From an uncultured Spirochaetota bacterium (GTDB lineage: Bacteria; Spirochaetota; Brevinematia; Brevinematales; JAOACQ01), in assembly GCA_963768055.1 (NCBI GenBank), contig CAVYGN010000001.1, positions 1,664,001-1,728,000 of the forward strand: a DNA stretch of 64,000 bases, in the 5' to 3' direction. The notes under the pieces were generated by a model. That model saw only the letters and a list, made by a program, of their open reading frames with translations. It made no database searches and had not been told where the DNA came from. Positions 49,701-60,601 of this stretch are shown here, in pieces. Position 1 is the first letter of the stretch. Every line of letters begins with the position of its first letter. Made by a program: the position numbers and the translations under genes.

Positions 49701-52383
49701 GAGGGAAAAAATACATAATGTTGAACAGATGATTATAACCGACAGCGCAGCCGTAATACCGGTAAAAATAACAAAAGAACTTGTCCCTAACGCTTATATA
49801 TCTGTAATGCTCTTTACCGGTAGAAGCGGGACCAATCAGGTAAAAAATGATGAAGATCTGGCCAGGCCGAATTACAGGATAGGCTATATAAACCTGAAGG
49901 TTGTTCCGGACGGAAAAAAACTGAAAGTGAATATCGTGACGGATTCAACTAATTACCGCCCCGGCGATACTGCAAGGGTAACGATCGAGGCAAGGGATCC
50001 GGCCGGAGGGATGGTCGATAATGCGGAGATCACGGTATCCGTGGCTGATAAAGGGATTTTAAATCTCGTCAATTATGAACTCCCCGACCCCTTATATAAC
50101 TTTTACGGCCCCAGGGAATTGGCGATATACACCAGCGAAATGAGGGAGTATATATTCGGACAGCGTTATCTATCCGAAAAGGGTGAAATTGTAGGTGGCG
50201 ACGGGTCTGCTCTGTTCAAATCCCTTGGGCTGGGCATGAACCCAAGGCTGGATTTTAAATCTTCCGCTTATTATAACGATAAGATTATTATTTCAAACGG
50301 CATGCCTGCCGAATTCACTTTTAAGATACCGGACAACCTGACAACCTGGAAAATAATGGCGATAGCGCAGACAAAAGACTCGTCATTCGGGAACGGCAGT
50401 GCCGTTATAACAGCCAGTAAGCCCCTGATGGTGCTTTCAACACTGCCCCGCTTCCTGAGAATCAATGATTCGGTCGAGGCCGGGGCAATGATCTATAATT
50501 ATACGGGAAGAGACGGAAACATGACCGCGGCGATAGAGGCGGGCGGATCGGTCAATTTCTCAGGCGGCCAGAGTACAAATATATTCATTCCTGTCAACTC
50601 TTCCAGGGAGGTGTTATTCCGTTTTTCGGTCCCTCCCCAGGAAATACACGATATTAAATTCACCCTTATGGTGAAATCCGGCACGGAAGGCGACGGATTT
50701 GTCGAAACCCTTCCCCTTAAAAACAATCAGAATTTTGAAACAATGTCATTTTATGAAATGATCGGGGACGCCGCCGCAAAACATCAGAAGCTCCTTGTTT
50801 CAGAAAATATTCTTCCCGGGTCCGGCAAGGCTCTCCTGATGCTTTCTCCATCCGCCTTCACCGAACTGAAGGGCAGTGTGGATTATCTTGTGGAATACCC
50901 TTACGGCTGTCTCGAGCAGAAATCCTCATCTATCCTGCCCCTTATACTCGGAGAAGATATCATACTGAAAACAGGGCTTCTGAAATTTAAAACCAGGGAT
51001 GACCTGAGGAATTTAGTGTCGAAAGTCCTTTCCGAAATTCCAGGGTATGCCGGTAAAAAAGGCTTTAAATACTGGACCGATTCGGATTACGAGCCGAATT
51101 CCTATCTGACCGTATATACCGCTTTTGTACTGACAATGGCTAAAGAAAAGGGTTATCAGATTCCGGGTGATCTTTACGGCAGGGCTGTGGACTGGGTAAA
51201 GGAGTACGCAGCCGGGCGGGGAGCCCTGGAAAGTCCCGGCTGGAATTATTACAACGCCCTGGTCCGAAGCTTCGCCTTATATGTCTCAGCGCTTAACGGG
51301 TTTATCGAGCCCGCTGATATAAAAGAAACGTACCTGGAGTTTACGGAAAAAGTAAAAGACGACATGCCTGCAGCCGGTTTTCTGTTAAAAACGCTTTCAA
51401 TGGCCCCCGATTTTACCGGCAGGGGCGATATGATTGCCGCTATAACAAAAAGTTTTCTTGAAAAGGCCAAAATTTCAGCATCGACAGCTTATTTTCAAAC
51501 CTATAACGATTGGGACTGGTTTTATTACGATAACATAGTCTCTACCGCAGTGATCCTGCAGGCATTGATCGAGGCTAAAGTGCAATTTAACGACTCGTAC
51601 AAGGTTATAAACTGGCTTATCCAGGAAAGGAAGGGGGAAAACTGGCTCTCTACTCATGAGAATGCGATGGTTTTCTGGGCTTTCAACACTTACCTGGAAA
51701 AGTTTGAAAAAGATAACCCGAATTTCAGGGCTATTGTGTCCGAGGCAAACAAGGAAATAATAAACGCTGTTTTCAAAAGCAGGACTGACAGGACCATGAC
51801 CGGAGAGTACGATATTAACAGCGGCCTAAAGGGCAGCCTTGATTTTACATTTAATAAACAGGGCGCCGGGACCCTTTACTATTTTCTTAGATTCAACTAC
51901 CTTCTTAAAAAATACCCCCAGGTCAGGAATTCGGGATTATCAATTTTAAAAAATTACTATGATTACGGTACAGGCAAACCCGTGGAAAACGGTAAATTTA
52001 TCCGCGGGAACCGCTATATTGTAAAAATAGAATTAACCACCCCGGCGGACAGAAATTTCGTTATCCTTGACGATCAGCTCCCGGCCGGTTTTGAGCCTGT
52101 GAATCTCGATTTCGCCACGGAGAAAAACGAGAAAAAAATCAGCGAGGGAGAAACTCAAAATGAATACTGGTGGTGGGGATCTTTCGAACACAGGGAACAA
52201 TACAGGGACCGCGTGCTCTTCAGCGCAATGCATCTTAAGTCCGGAAAGCATATTATCCAGTATATTGTAAGGGCTGTCGCAGTTGGGAATTACAGGGTTC
52301 CTCAGATAAAGGCCGAAGAAATGTACGATCCGGAGGTATTCGGATATACATATCAACCCGACATTGAAGTTATAAAAGAATGA
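46705..52383 (+). CDS. Bacterial alpha-2-macroglobulin lipoprotein
   Basis: FFSC lipobox, DRFLYKPGE, PDNLTTW, thioester YPYGCLEQ, STHEN and EEMYDPE. Confidence 0.95.
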   Translation: MKNRLILFLSIISILSFFSCSNNGKKIVTVIDANRGPGAGEESDYNSDYGQLNFSFSTNIFELSDFDTMTNEIMNKLSVSIDPPVKGIWQPVGPNEAAFIFLEKLKPSTLYTVSIDEKKLTTNGKPGIIAYVNGERTDNGKYVFMTRRIEVSSYFISGMKTDLYISLSFNAPVGLPDLTNKLKIENIYGGKPLNYRASYDVLTNTIESNDVLMNIVTTSDRSFIIKPEGLVKAQDYRLKVGSGLNAAEGNLGMLADYYQDFSTYKRLQFKNMSSSSYEGSGPVMYYPDDTILFEFNNPLDKSLDPRKLISSTPTIENESVSIGDNFIYLSGNFIGESKYRFRVNPAVSDIYSQKLDYTVEREISFSHGISIFGVPEGYMVMENYLPPILPMKMRNVSSFKVSYVFLQDKDKITGYLNLKNNERKTFFEKNKISKDHRVKWVWDRFFNYRLDFSSMLKNNSGLLIYRISPRAENQRENSDLDRAGTILFTDLGISVKSGPDSTLVFVRSLKDNSPVEGAAVYELENENKSLGLLTLRGKTDSNGILSFAGDYPSPMVFAEKDGIITLNYGERMNYYYGDEEGYGSGNKNWANIVHRGTDYYLNETNLLLFSDRFLYKPGEKVDVKGIARFRHSDDWSDLPADGKRNEFKFTVNNSRGEEVTNLVATADDWGSLHFSLKIPEKSPTGYYRISWGEYSGIDISVEDFKPAKAEMRIVSSKEIFKWGDTFESDIIGWYLFGAPVIKPIHYSVSASPVTYASLKYPEYNFGQLWWEGGERRDNSFSLVSGIGFPDKSGKIHVEKIIRRDDFKGDAQLMISAETRLDDNSTVYGTKSGINLYNPVHIGILLKDYFVETGHSFNISLVALNENEEIEPDQPVTVQVEKRDWYSYQKAGVNGRLEWEWEMIKTNVFEQTLRLGKAEIPLTLSEPGYYVARAKTFIRGHEGISETDFYVFGKGEVGWMVPNNNEIDLSSDKKEYHTGDTALVLVKNPFQKATALITVEREKIHNVEQMIITDSAAVIPVKITKELVPNAYISVMLFTGRSGTNQVKNDEDLARPNYRIGYINLKVVPDGKKLKVNIVTDSTNYRPGDTARVTIEARDPAGGMVDNAEITVSVADKGILNLVNYELPDPLYNFYGPRELAIYTSEMREYIFGQRYLSEKGEIVGGDGSALFKSLGLGMNPRLDFKSSAYYNDKIIISNGMPAEFTFKIPDNLTTWKIMAIAQTKDSSFGNGSAVITASKPLMVLSTLPRFLRINDSVEAGAMIYNYTGRDGNMTAAIEAGGSVNFSGGQSTNIFIPVNSSREVLFRFSVPPQEIHDIKFTLMVKSGTEGDGFVETLPLKNNQNFETMSFYEMIGDAAAKHQKLLVSENILPGSGKALLMLSPSAFTELKGSVDYLVEYPYGCLEQKSSSILPLILGEDIILKTGLLKFKTRDDLRNLVSKVLSEIPGYAGKKGFKYWTDSDYEPNSYLTVYTAFVLTMAKEKGYQIPGDLYGRAVDWVKEYAAGRGALESPGWNYYNALVRSFALYVSALNGFIEPADIKETYLEFTEKVKDDMPAAGFLLKTLSMAPDFTGRGDMIAAITKSFLEKAKISASTAYFQTYNDWDWFYYDNIVSTAVILQALIEAKVQFNDSYKVINWLIQERKGENWLSTHENAMVFWAFNTYLEKFEKDNPNFRAIVSEANKEIINAVFKSRTDRTMTGEYDINSGLKGSLDFTFNKQGAGTLYYFLRFNYLLKKYPQVRNSGLSILKNYYDYGTGKPVENGKFIRGNRYIVKIELTTPADRNFVILDDQLPAGFEPVNLDFATEKNEKKISEGETQNEYWWWGSFEHREQYRDRVLFSAMHLKSGKHIIQYIVRAVAVGNYRVPQIKAEEMYDPEVFGYTYQPDIEVIKE

Positions 52384-52402
52384 TAAGTTAAGGAGATTAT
52401 TT

Positions 52403-54235
52403 ATGAATTCCATCGTGATTTTGATAACGGCCATACTGGTTTTTGTAATAGCTTACCGCTATTATTGCGCGTTTATCACGGCCAAGGTGCTGCCGGTCAA
52501 TCCCGCCAATAAGACTCCGGCTTACAGGTATAAAGACGGGCAGGATTATCACCCAACCAACAAATTCGTTCTTTTCGGGCATCATTTTGCTGCGATCGCC
52601 GGTGCAGGGCCCCTTGTAGGTCCGGTCCTCGCCGCCCAGTTCGGTTTCCTGCCGGGGCTTATCTGGATCCTCATCGGATCGGTCCTCGCAGGTGCTGTTC
52701 ATGATTATGTCATTCTCTTCGCCTCGGTACGCCATAACGGCGAGTCGCTCCATAAAATCGCACGAACCTATGTCGGCAAGCTGACCGGCGGCGCTTCAGC
52801 CGCGGCCATCCTTTTTATAATAATAACGGCCCTGGCCGGTTTATCGATAGTCGTTGTCAACGCGCTTAACAAGAGCGCATGGGGCACTTTCACGATTGCC
52901 GCGACTATCCCTACCGCCCTGTTGGTGGGGCTTTATATGAACGTCATAAGGAAAGACAGGATTTTCGAAGCATCTTTATTAGGGGTTATACTCCTGATAG
53001 CCGGCGTGTTTTTCGGGTACTATATTCAACATTCCGCCCTGGCGGCTTTTTTCATGTTCGATACGAAACAACTGGCTATCATAATAGCAATATACGGTTT
53101 CTGTGCGTCGGTACTGCCGGTATGGCTGCTTCTGACCCCCAGGGATTATATCAGCTCATACTTAAAAATCGGCACGATAGCCCTTTTAGCTGTCGGGATA
53201 TTCTTCGTCATGCCCGAAATAAAAATGCCTGCAGTAACAAAGTTTATTGATGGAAGCGGTCCGATCTTCCCCGGCAAGGTCTGGCCTTATGTCTGCATCA
53301 CTATCGCCTGCGGGGCTATTTCAGGTTTCCATTCATTGATCTCGTCAGGTACAACGCCGAAGATGCTGATGAATGAAAAGGATATGCCGATGATCGGATA
53401 CGGCGCAATGCTCATGGAAGGGTTCGTTTCTGTAATGGCTCTTATCGCGGCTACCTCTCTTTTCCCCCAGGATTATTTTGCCATAAACTGTACGAAGGAT
53501 TCTTTTGCGGCTCTGATGATGACCCCTGTAAACCTTAACGATCTTTCAAAGATGGTTCAGGAGAATATTACAGCCAGGCCCGGCGGAGCCGTATCGCTTG
53601 CTGTAGGGATGGCGCAGATATTCTCGAACATCCCGGGGATGAAGCAGTTGATGGGATTCTTATATCATTTCATAATTATGTTCGAGGCCCTGTTCATCCT
53701 GACGACAGTAGATGCGGGAACAAGAGTCGCAAGGTATATTACTCAGGATATAGCCGGGAAGGTTATAAAACCGATGGGAAACAGAAAGTGGCTTCCCGGA
53801 ATACTGATAACCAGCGCACTGGTAGTCCTTGCATGGGGTTATCTTGTTTATAACGGAGATATCGGGACAATATGGCCGATGTTCGGCGTGGCGAACCAGC
53901 TTCTTGCGACCGCTGCGCTTGCGATAGGGACTTCCGTTATCCTGAGAAACAATAAAAAGCCGGCATATGCTCTGATTACTTTCATACCGATGGTTTTTAT
54001 GTTCGCAACAACCGTGACGGCAGGAGCCATGAATATTTTTATCAATTACCTGCCTAAAAAGAACTTTAACGGTTATCTTAACGCAGGGCTATCCGGTATC
54101 ATGCTTATACTGGTCGTCATAATCGTCGGGGATTGTTTCGTCAAATGGTTCGGATATTATAAGAAGGGTATCCCCCCCGTCAGGATAAGTCCGCTCACTG
54201 GTGTCCTGGAACCTTCGCTTGAAGTTCCCGATTAA
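52403..54235 (+). CDS. cstA: Carbon starvation protein A (peptide/pyruvate transporter)
   Basis: GHHFAAIAGAGPLVGP, ACGAISGFH and WPMFGVANQLL motifs. Confidence 0.95.
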   Translation: MNSIVILITAILVFVIAYRYYCAFITAKVLPVNPANKTPAYRYKDGQDYHPTNKFVLFGHHFAAIAGAGPLVGPVLAAQFGFLPGLIWILIGSVLAGAVHDYVILFASVRHNGESLHKIARTYVGKLTGGASAAAILFIIITALAGLSIVVVNALNKSAWGTFTIAATIPTALLVGLYMNVIRKDRIFEASLLGVILLIAGVFFGYYIQHSALAAFFMFDTKQLAIIIAIYGFCASVLPVWLLLTPRDYISSYLKIGTIALLAVGIFFVMPEIKMPAVTKFIDGSGPIFPGKVWPYVCITIACGAISGFHSLISSGTTPKMLMNEKDMPMIGYGAMLMEGFVSVMALIAATSLFPQDYFAINCTKDSFAALMMTPVNLNDLSKMVQENITARPGGAVSLAVGMAQIFSNIPGMKQLMGFLYHFIIMFEALFILTTVDAGTRVARYITQDIAGKVIKPMGNRKWLPGILITSALVVLAWGYLVYNGDIGTIWPMFGVANQLLATAALAIGTSVILRNNKKPAYALITFIPMVFMFATTVTAGAMNIFINYLPKKNFNGYLNAGLSGIMLILVVIIVGDCFVKWFGYYKKGIPPVRISPLTGVLEPSLEVPD

Positions 54236-54254
54236 GGGCACTTCACGCCCTTAA
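54232..54254. terminator. Hairpin between convergent cstA and protease genes
   Basis: TTAAGGGC-ACTTCAC-GCCCTTAA, which includes both stop codons. Confidence 0.45.
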
Positions 54255-55378
54255 GTATTGAGCTCCATTTTAAGGGAAAGCACCCTTAATATATCTTTCG
54301 ACGTGATGACGCCGGCGAGTTTTCCGTCCTGAACCACTGCCAGCCGGGTTATTCCCGTACGGTTCATCAAGGCCCAGGCTTCGATAACGTTAAGGCCGGG
54401 ATCGATAATATTTGAAGCGGGGTATTTTTTTGTCATTTCCTCCACTCTCCTGGCACCCCATTCGGACCGCGGGATATCCCTGACCTGTTCCGTAGTAACG
54501 CAGCCTACAAGATTTCCATCTTCGACTACGGGAAACATTTTGTGATGGTACTTATAGATATAGTTTTCGACAAGATCGTTCACCGATATGTCGGGAGGAA
54601 CGGATATCGCATTCCTCATCATTATATCGGCCACTTTTTCTCCTGCGAGGACTTCGTTAAACAATACCCTTTTATAGCTCGTACGGGCCGCGTTATCGAG
54701 AAAAAAGCCTATCACAAACCACCATACGCCGTTTATAATATAACCGAAAATAAATTGCACAATCCCAAGGATTATCAGCGTTATGCCGAAAACCGACCCG
54801 ATTATTGTAGCAGCCCTTGTCGCTTTTCTTAAATTTTTCATCCACTTCCAGAGGGCCGCACGGAAGATCCTTCCCCCGTCAAGCGGAAAGGCAGGGATGA
54901 GATTGAACGCAGCAAGCGCCAGATTGATAACAGCAAGATAGCCCAGTACGCCTTTAACCTGATCGGAAAGGTTAGCCAATAATGCGCCTGCCCTGGCAAG
55001 ATAAAATATAATGCCGATAAAGATGCTCGTTACGGGACCTGCAATAGCCATAAGGAACTCGACCTTTGCGCTCCCCGGTTCTTCGGATAAACTGGCTACC
55101 CCGCCGAAGAGAAAAAGGGTTATCGACTTAATAGGCAATCCGTACTTTCCGGCAACGATCGAATGGCTTACCTCATGTAATACTATCGAGGCGAACAGTC
55201 CTATGGCCCCGCAAAAACCCATTATCCAGAAATCCGTTTGGGTCAGGTTGTGATAATAAAATGGAAAAAGGCCCGTTGCAAGCGACCATGTGATCAAAAC
55301 AACTATAATTATCCAGCTCAAATCGATCCTTATATCAAAACCGAAAAGCTTGAATATACTGATGGATCTTCCGAACAT
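54251..55378 (-). CDS. Site-2 protease (M50) with tandem CBS domains
   Basis: HEVSH, AIAGP and NLIPAFPLDGG motifs; two CBS repeats. Confidence 0.93.
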   Translation of the reverse strand: MFGRSISIFKLFGFDIRIDLSWIIIVVLITWSLATGLFPFYYHNLTQTDFWIMGFCGAIGLFASIVLHEVSHSIVAGKYGLPIKSITLFLFGGVASLSEEPGSAKVEFLMAIAGPVTSIFIGIIFYLARAGALLANLSDQVKGVLGYLAVINLALAAFNLIPAFPLDGGRIFRAALWKWMKNLRKATRAATIIGSVFGITLIILGIVQFIFGYIINGVWWFVIGFFLDNAARTSYKRVLFNEVLAGEKVADIMMRNAISVPPDISVNDLVENYIYKYHHKMFPVVEDGNLVGCVTTEQVRDIPRSEWGARRVEEMTKKYPASNIIDPGLNVIEAWALMNRTGITRLAVVQDGKLAGVITSKDILRVLSLKMELNT

Positions 55379-55537
55379 GTAAACCTTCTTTAATTCAAAA
55401 CCCAATAAAATATAACGAGCGGAACTGCTTTACGTCAAATAAGGTTTTCACTGAATTCTTTCAAACTAAAAAATAGCATTTTTTGAAAACAGCCCCTACG
55501 ATAAAAAGGATGAAAACTATAGGAGAGGATTTATAGA

Positions 55538-57259
55538 GTGCCTGAATTATTCATTATCGACTCCTCAAGCCCTTTTTTTACAAAGCTCCCCGGCGAGAAC
55601 ATAAATTGGTCAAAAACCCCCTTCGACAGGCTTGAAAAAGACGGGACATTCGATAAAAAAAGCCATAAAAACATCAGGGGCCTTTTCAGGGATTACATCG
55701 GTAAGGTTTCCAAAATGGGTTATAACGCGCTTGCTATCGACGATATGGCGCATATGGTGATTCAGCCGTTTTACGGGGATTTTTTGAAGGATAAATTAAG
55801 AAAATATTCCAGGGAATTTAAGATCCTCATAAGGGAATCCGTCCTCTCCGGGTTAAGGGTATTTGTCACTACCGATATAATGTTTTTTAACGAATTTATC
55901 AGGGACTATATGAAAATAAACAGGATAGGATTGAAAAGGATCCTCACTTCATATCTTGAACTCCTCTTCGGCGAGTACCCTGAAATAGAAGGGGTTATCT
56001 TCAGGATCGGCGAATCCGACGGGGTGGATGTGGAGGGCGATTTCACAAGTTCCATTGTTGTAAGAACGCCTGAATATGCAAACTCCCTTATCAGGCGTCT
56101 CCTGCCGGTTTTTGAAAACAGGAAAAAGCTCTTCTTACTGCGGACATGGACAACCGGGGGATATTCGATAGGCGACCTGATGTGGAACGGGAAAACACTT
56201 GAGAAATTGACCTCCGGGATCAACAGCCGGTATTTCATATTATCGCTGAAATACGGGACCGCGGATTTTTTCAGGCATTTGAAGCTTAACCCGCTTTTCT
56301 ATAAAGAAGGGCTTAGAAAGATAATCGAACTCCAGGCCAGAAGGGAATACGAAGGTTTCGGCGAATTCCCGTCTTATATAGGGGAAGATTATTCTGCTTA
56401 CCATGATCAGTTAAAAAATAGAGAAGACATTCTTGGTATATTTGTATGGTGCCAGACCGGGGGCTGGTCAGCTTTCAGGAATTTCACATTTATGAAAAAG
56501 AGTTCCATCTGGAATGAAATCAATACATTCGTAACTATTAAAATTTTCAGGGAAGGGTTATCGGCCGAACAATCGGCGAGACTCTATTTTGATGAATATT
56601 TGAGCGGGGAAAAGCGGAAAAACCGATTCCGGGATTTCTATGAATTCCTTCTCCTGTCCGATAAGGCCGTTAAAAACCTCTACTATGATCCGGAGTTCGC
56701 AAAAAAAGAATATTATTTCAATAAGATAAGGATATCCCCTCTTCTGCACATCCTCTGGGACCAGGTCACCCTGACCGGCCTTGTAGTCCTTGCCTACCGC
56801 TCATTCACCACCGATTGGGAAAAATCCCTGGAAAAGGGAAAGCGTGCTCTTATATCGATTAAACGGATGGGCGTCTTAAATTCGGTTCTGGGTCTTCCCT
56901 ATGATTATAAATTTCACTACAGGACGTTCAGGCTCCTTTACCTATGCCGGCAGATCATATACGGAAGAAAAGGGGGGAAGCCTCAAGAAAAGATGAACAG
57001 GCTTTTAAAAAAATACAGGTCGGATTACCCGGCAGGTTATCATTTTTACATTAATTTTAAAAAAAACTATTTTGCCCCGCTTTTTAAATTCTTTTTAGGC
57101 ATTTTTATCAGGAAAAGGGCCCGCTATAGACTTCTTGACAGGCTGTTATATAACTCGCTCACAACCGGCCTGCTTATAACCATATACAGGCTTATCCGCG
57201 GGAACTTCCCCCTGGTCGCCGGGAAGCGGGGTATGCCTGTGACTACTTTTTTCAAATAA
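55538..57259 (+). CDS. Hypothetical protein, possibly glycoside-hydrolase-like
   Basis: FRIGESDG, QARREYEGFG and WCQTGGW segments; no firm family assignment. Confidence 0.5.
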   Translation: MPELFIIDSSSPFFTKLPGENINWSKTPFDRLEKDGTFDKKSHKNIRGLFRDYIGKVSKMGYNALAIDDMAHMVIQPFYGDFLKDKLRKYSREFKILIRESVLSGLRVFVTTDIMFFNEFIRDYMKINRIGLKRILTSYLELLFGEYPEIEGVIFRIGESDGVDVEGDFTSSIVVRTPEYANSLIRRLLPVFENRKKLFLLRTWTTGGYSIGDLMWNGKTLEKLTSGINSRYFILSLKYGTADFFRHLKLNPLFYKEGLRKIIELQARREYEGFGEFPSYIGEDYSAYHDQLKNREDILGIFVWCQTGGWSAFRNFTFMKKSSIWNEINTFVTIKIFREGLSAEQSARLYFDEYLSGEKRKNRFRDFYEFLLLSDKAVKNLYYDPEFAKKEYYFNKIRISPLLHILWDQVTLTGLVVLAYRSFTTDWEKSLEKGKRALISIKRMGVLNSVLGLPYDYKFHYRTFRLLYLCRQIIYGRKGGKPQEKMNRLLKKYRSDYPAGYHFYINFKKNYFAPLFKFFLGIFIRKRARYRLLDRLLYNSLTTGLLITIYRLIRGNFPLVAGKRGMPVTTFFK

Positions 57260-57278
57260 ACGACCGGGGGTTTATATC

Positions 57279-58244
57279 ATGAAATTCCTCCTTATTGTTA
57301 ATCCTACTTCGGGAACCCGAAGGCAAAAAAATTATATCGATTACGTCAAGTCTTATTTTGAAAGACATGGCCTTGAACTCGTAGTAGTTTTTACAAAATA
57401 TTCCGGGCATGCTGAAAAAATTGCAAGGGATGCTTGCGTTTATGACTATGATTGTATAATAGGGGCTGGCGGCGATGGGACAATCAACGAGGTCCTTAAC
57501 GGCATGATCGGCTCGTCAAAAAAAATGGGGATAATCCCCTGGGGTACAGGCAACGTTTTCGCTAAAGAAATGGGTTTTCCCAGAAGCCTGCGAAAGATCT
57601 GTAAAATAATCAGGAAGGGGAGGAGCCTGAAACTTGACGCTGCCAGGAGCAATAACCGGTATTTTCTTTTAATGTGCGGGGCAGGCTTTGACGCTTATAT
57701 GATTAAACAGATCCAGAGCCTTGGATTAAAGAAAAAGCTGGGACAGATCGTGTTTATTCTCGGGGCCCTTAAAGCGATTTTAAAATATAGCTATCCCCCG
57801 ATCGAGGTTGAAATCGACAAAAAATTCAGGGAAAAGGGAAGTTTTGTCCTGGTATCGAATATAAGCCGTTACGGGGTTTATTTTACGATAAGCCCCCGGG
57901 CGAACCCTATCGACGGGCTGCTCGATGTTTTTATTTATAAAAAGAGCGGTTACCTGGCTATGCTGGGGTTGATATTCCGCGTGGCATTCACATTTTTCCA
58001 TTTCAACGCACTTAGCTTTTTCCCGATTTTTATGAGGAGGGCTGCTTATTACCAGGCTAAAAGCGTAAGGATCTCTTCCAACCGTTACGTGTATACGCAG
58101 CTTGACGGCGAATTGTCGGGCAGTCTGCCTGTCGGGATCGAGTCCGTCCCTGCCGCGATCAACTGCATACTCCCGAGGAGGGCGATCAAGAAGTACATTA
58201 AACAAGCGTTAAAGAATCGTGCAAATTATGTTAAAAACATTTAA
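57279..58244 (+). CDS. Diacylglycerol/lipid kinase family protein (YegS/BmrU-like)
   Basis: NPTSG, GGDGTINEV, GTGNVFA and QLDGE motifs. Confidence 0.92.
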   Translation: MKFLLIVNPTSGTRRQKNYIDYVKSYFERHGLELVVVFTKYSGHAEKIARDACVYDYDCIIGAGGDGTINEVLNGMIGSSKKMGIIPWGTGNVFAKEMGFPRSLRKICKIIRKGRSLKLDAARSNNRYFLLMCGAGFDAYMIKQIQSLGLKKKLGQIVFILGALKAILKYSYPPIEVEIDKKFREKGSFVLVSNISRYGVYFTISPRANPIDGLLDVFIYKKSGYLAMLGLIFRVAFTFFHFNALSFFPIFMRRAAYYQAKSVRISSNRYVYTQLDGELSGSLPVGIESVPAAINCILPRRAIKKYIKQALKNRANYVKNI

Positions 58245-58320
58245 TGATTTTTAAATAATTATTCTATTGTAATTAAGCCTCAAGCGTTTTATAATCCAAT
58301 GGTGTAATTTGAGGTTTTAA

Positions 58321-60500
58321 ATGAGAATTTTTATCCGGCTCGCTCTGGTTCTGGCGGCGATGACGGTATTTCTCCCTTCGGAAGGAGCATGTTCTCCTGT
58401 TAAAACAAAGAAGGTCCTTGTGCTTTTTTCTTTCGATTACGGTATACATTTCCAGGAATTGTTTAAAAAAGGCCTGGAGGAAAAGATGCAGTCCTCCTCC
58501 TCCTTCGGAGACTATGAGGTCGATTTTTTTTATGAATACCTCGATCTGGATAAATATTCAGGCCCTGCTTTTTCCAAAAATCTGGTTTCTATTTTGAGAT
58601 CGAAATATCTTTCAAATAAGCCCGATCTGGTAATCGCCTTTTTTAAACCGGCCCTGGATCTGGTCCTTAATTACGGGAATTATATCGGGTTAAACGGACC
58701 CTATATCTACTGTACAAGCAGTTATACCAAAACACGGACCAGCGATGTTCTAACTATACTGGCTGAAGCCGATTTCAAGGGCACGGCGGACCTGGCGCTG
58801 CGGCTCCTTCCCGGAACAAGGCATATAGCTGTAAGCTCGGGAACTACCGTTAGCGAAAAGGAATACTCGGAAAGGATGGCGCATGATTTATCGAACCTGG
58901 ATAAAAATATCGATATCATATGGCTGACAAACGTCACCCGCGACGAGCTTTTAAACCGTGTGGCAAAATTGCCCATGATTCTTTTATCCTGTCTGCGAGT
59001 TTTATGCGGGACAGCGACGGGCTGTCGTACAGCCCGTCAGGCATATTGCGTCTTATCCATTCCAGGAGCCCTGTCCCGTTGTTCACCGCTTCGGACGCCA
59101 CTATGGGGACAGGTACGACTGGCGGGGTGATGATCAGCTATGAACAGATGGGAAATACAGCAGCTTACGCCGGACTGCGCGTCCTGAAAGGGGATAAAAT
59201 ATCAGATATAAATATCGAAGGAATGATAAAACACTCGATCCTGTTCGACTGGAGGGAATTGAAACGATGGGGTATTCCTGAAAATAAACTGGCCCCGGGA
59301 AGCATAGTAATGTTCAGGGAAAACACCTTCCTGGAAAAATACTTTCTTGGAATAGCCGCCGTTACCGCTCTCGTACTCGTCGAAAGCCTGCTGGTAATCC
59401 TTCTTTTGATAAATTTTGTAAAGAGAAAATACGCCCAGCAGACCCTTAAAGAAAGCGAGGATAGGTACCGGAGGATTATCGACGAAGCTTTCGAAGGCAT
59501 CTGTGTCACGGATGAGGCAGGCTGTGTTATAAACTGGAACAATTCGCTTGAAAAAATATCAAGAATAAATACGGCGGATGTTATAGGGCGCATGGTCTGG
59601 GACGTGGTTTTCTCATTATTCGGGTTTGAAAAAAGAACTCCGAAGGCTTTTGAAAACTTTAAAAAAAGCATTATAACAAGGCTTCAAAGTGGAAAATCAG
59701 TCCCCGTAAACAGGACTTTTGCTTATGAATTAATTTTTAAAGATGGTAAAAAACTGGACCTGGAATTCAGGCTATATTATCTTCCTACCGGAAAAGGAAA
59801 TATCCTGACATGCATCGTCGACGATATTACGGAAAGAAAGCTTTCCGAGAAAAAAATACAGGACGCCCTGGAAGAAAAAGAAGCGCTTTTAAGGGAGCTT
59901 TATCACCGAACTAAAAACAATATGCAGGTTATAAGCAGCCTTATGAACCTGGAAGCAAGTTTTTTTAAAGACCCTGACCTCAAAAACGTTTTCAGGGAAA
60001 TGGAAAACCGCATTCATTCCATGTCCCTTGTCCACCAGAAACTATACCAGTCCAAGGACCTGTCCAGGGTCTATTTAAAGGAATACATCGATGAACTTGT
60101 TGCCCGACTCAAATCGGATTTCGGTCCGACAGCGCAAAAAGTCGAACTCCATCTTGACATAGAAAATCTGTCCCTGCCCATTGATTCGGCCATCCCGTTC
60201 GGATTGATACTTAATGAGCTTGTATCAAATTCATACAAGCATGCTTTTCCCAGGAACAGGAGGGGCGATATCAATATCTCGCTGCATAAATCCCCGAACG
60301 GCGCGATTGACCTTACCGTTTCCGATAACGGAATAGGCGTGGATGACGGCTATGATTTCAGGGAAAACAGCAGGATGGGCCTCAGGAGCGTCTTCTGGAT
60401 AGGCGAACAGCAGCTCCGGGGCGCGGTTATTTTTAACTCCGGACCCGGCGTAAAATGCAATGTCTGTTTCAGCGAAATCAAGGTCAACTCAAGGGGTTAG
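58321..60500 (+). pseudogene. Frameshifted sensor histidine kinase (ABC substrate-binding-like sensor, PAS, HisKA_2)
   Basis: Two overlapping ORFs join at VAKLP|HDSFIL if one C is added at 58972-58974. Contains ELYHRTKNNMQ, NELVSNSYKHA and SDNGIG. Confidence 0.8.
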
Positions 60501-60601
60501 GCTGGCGGGATATCCCCGGGACATTTTGCGGTAAGTTGCAATATCTGCTATAATTTTGCCGATCTAACATATTAACCGAAATACATATAAAAGGAACGGC
60601 A

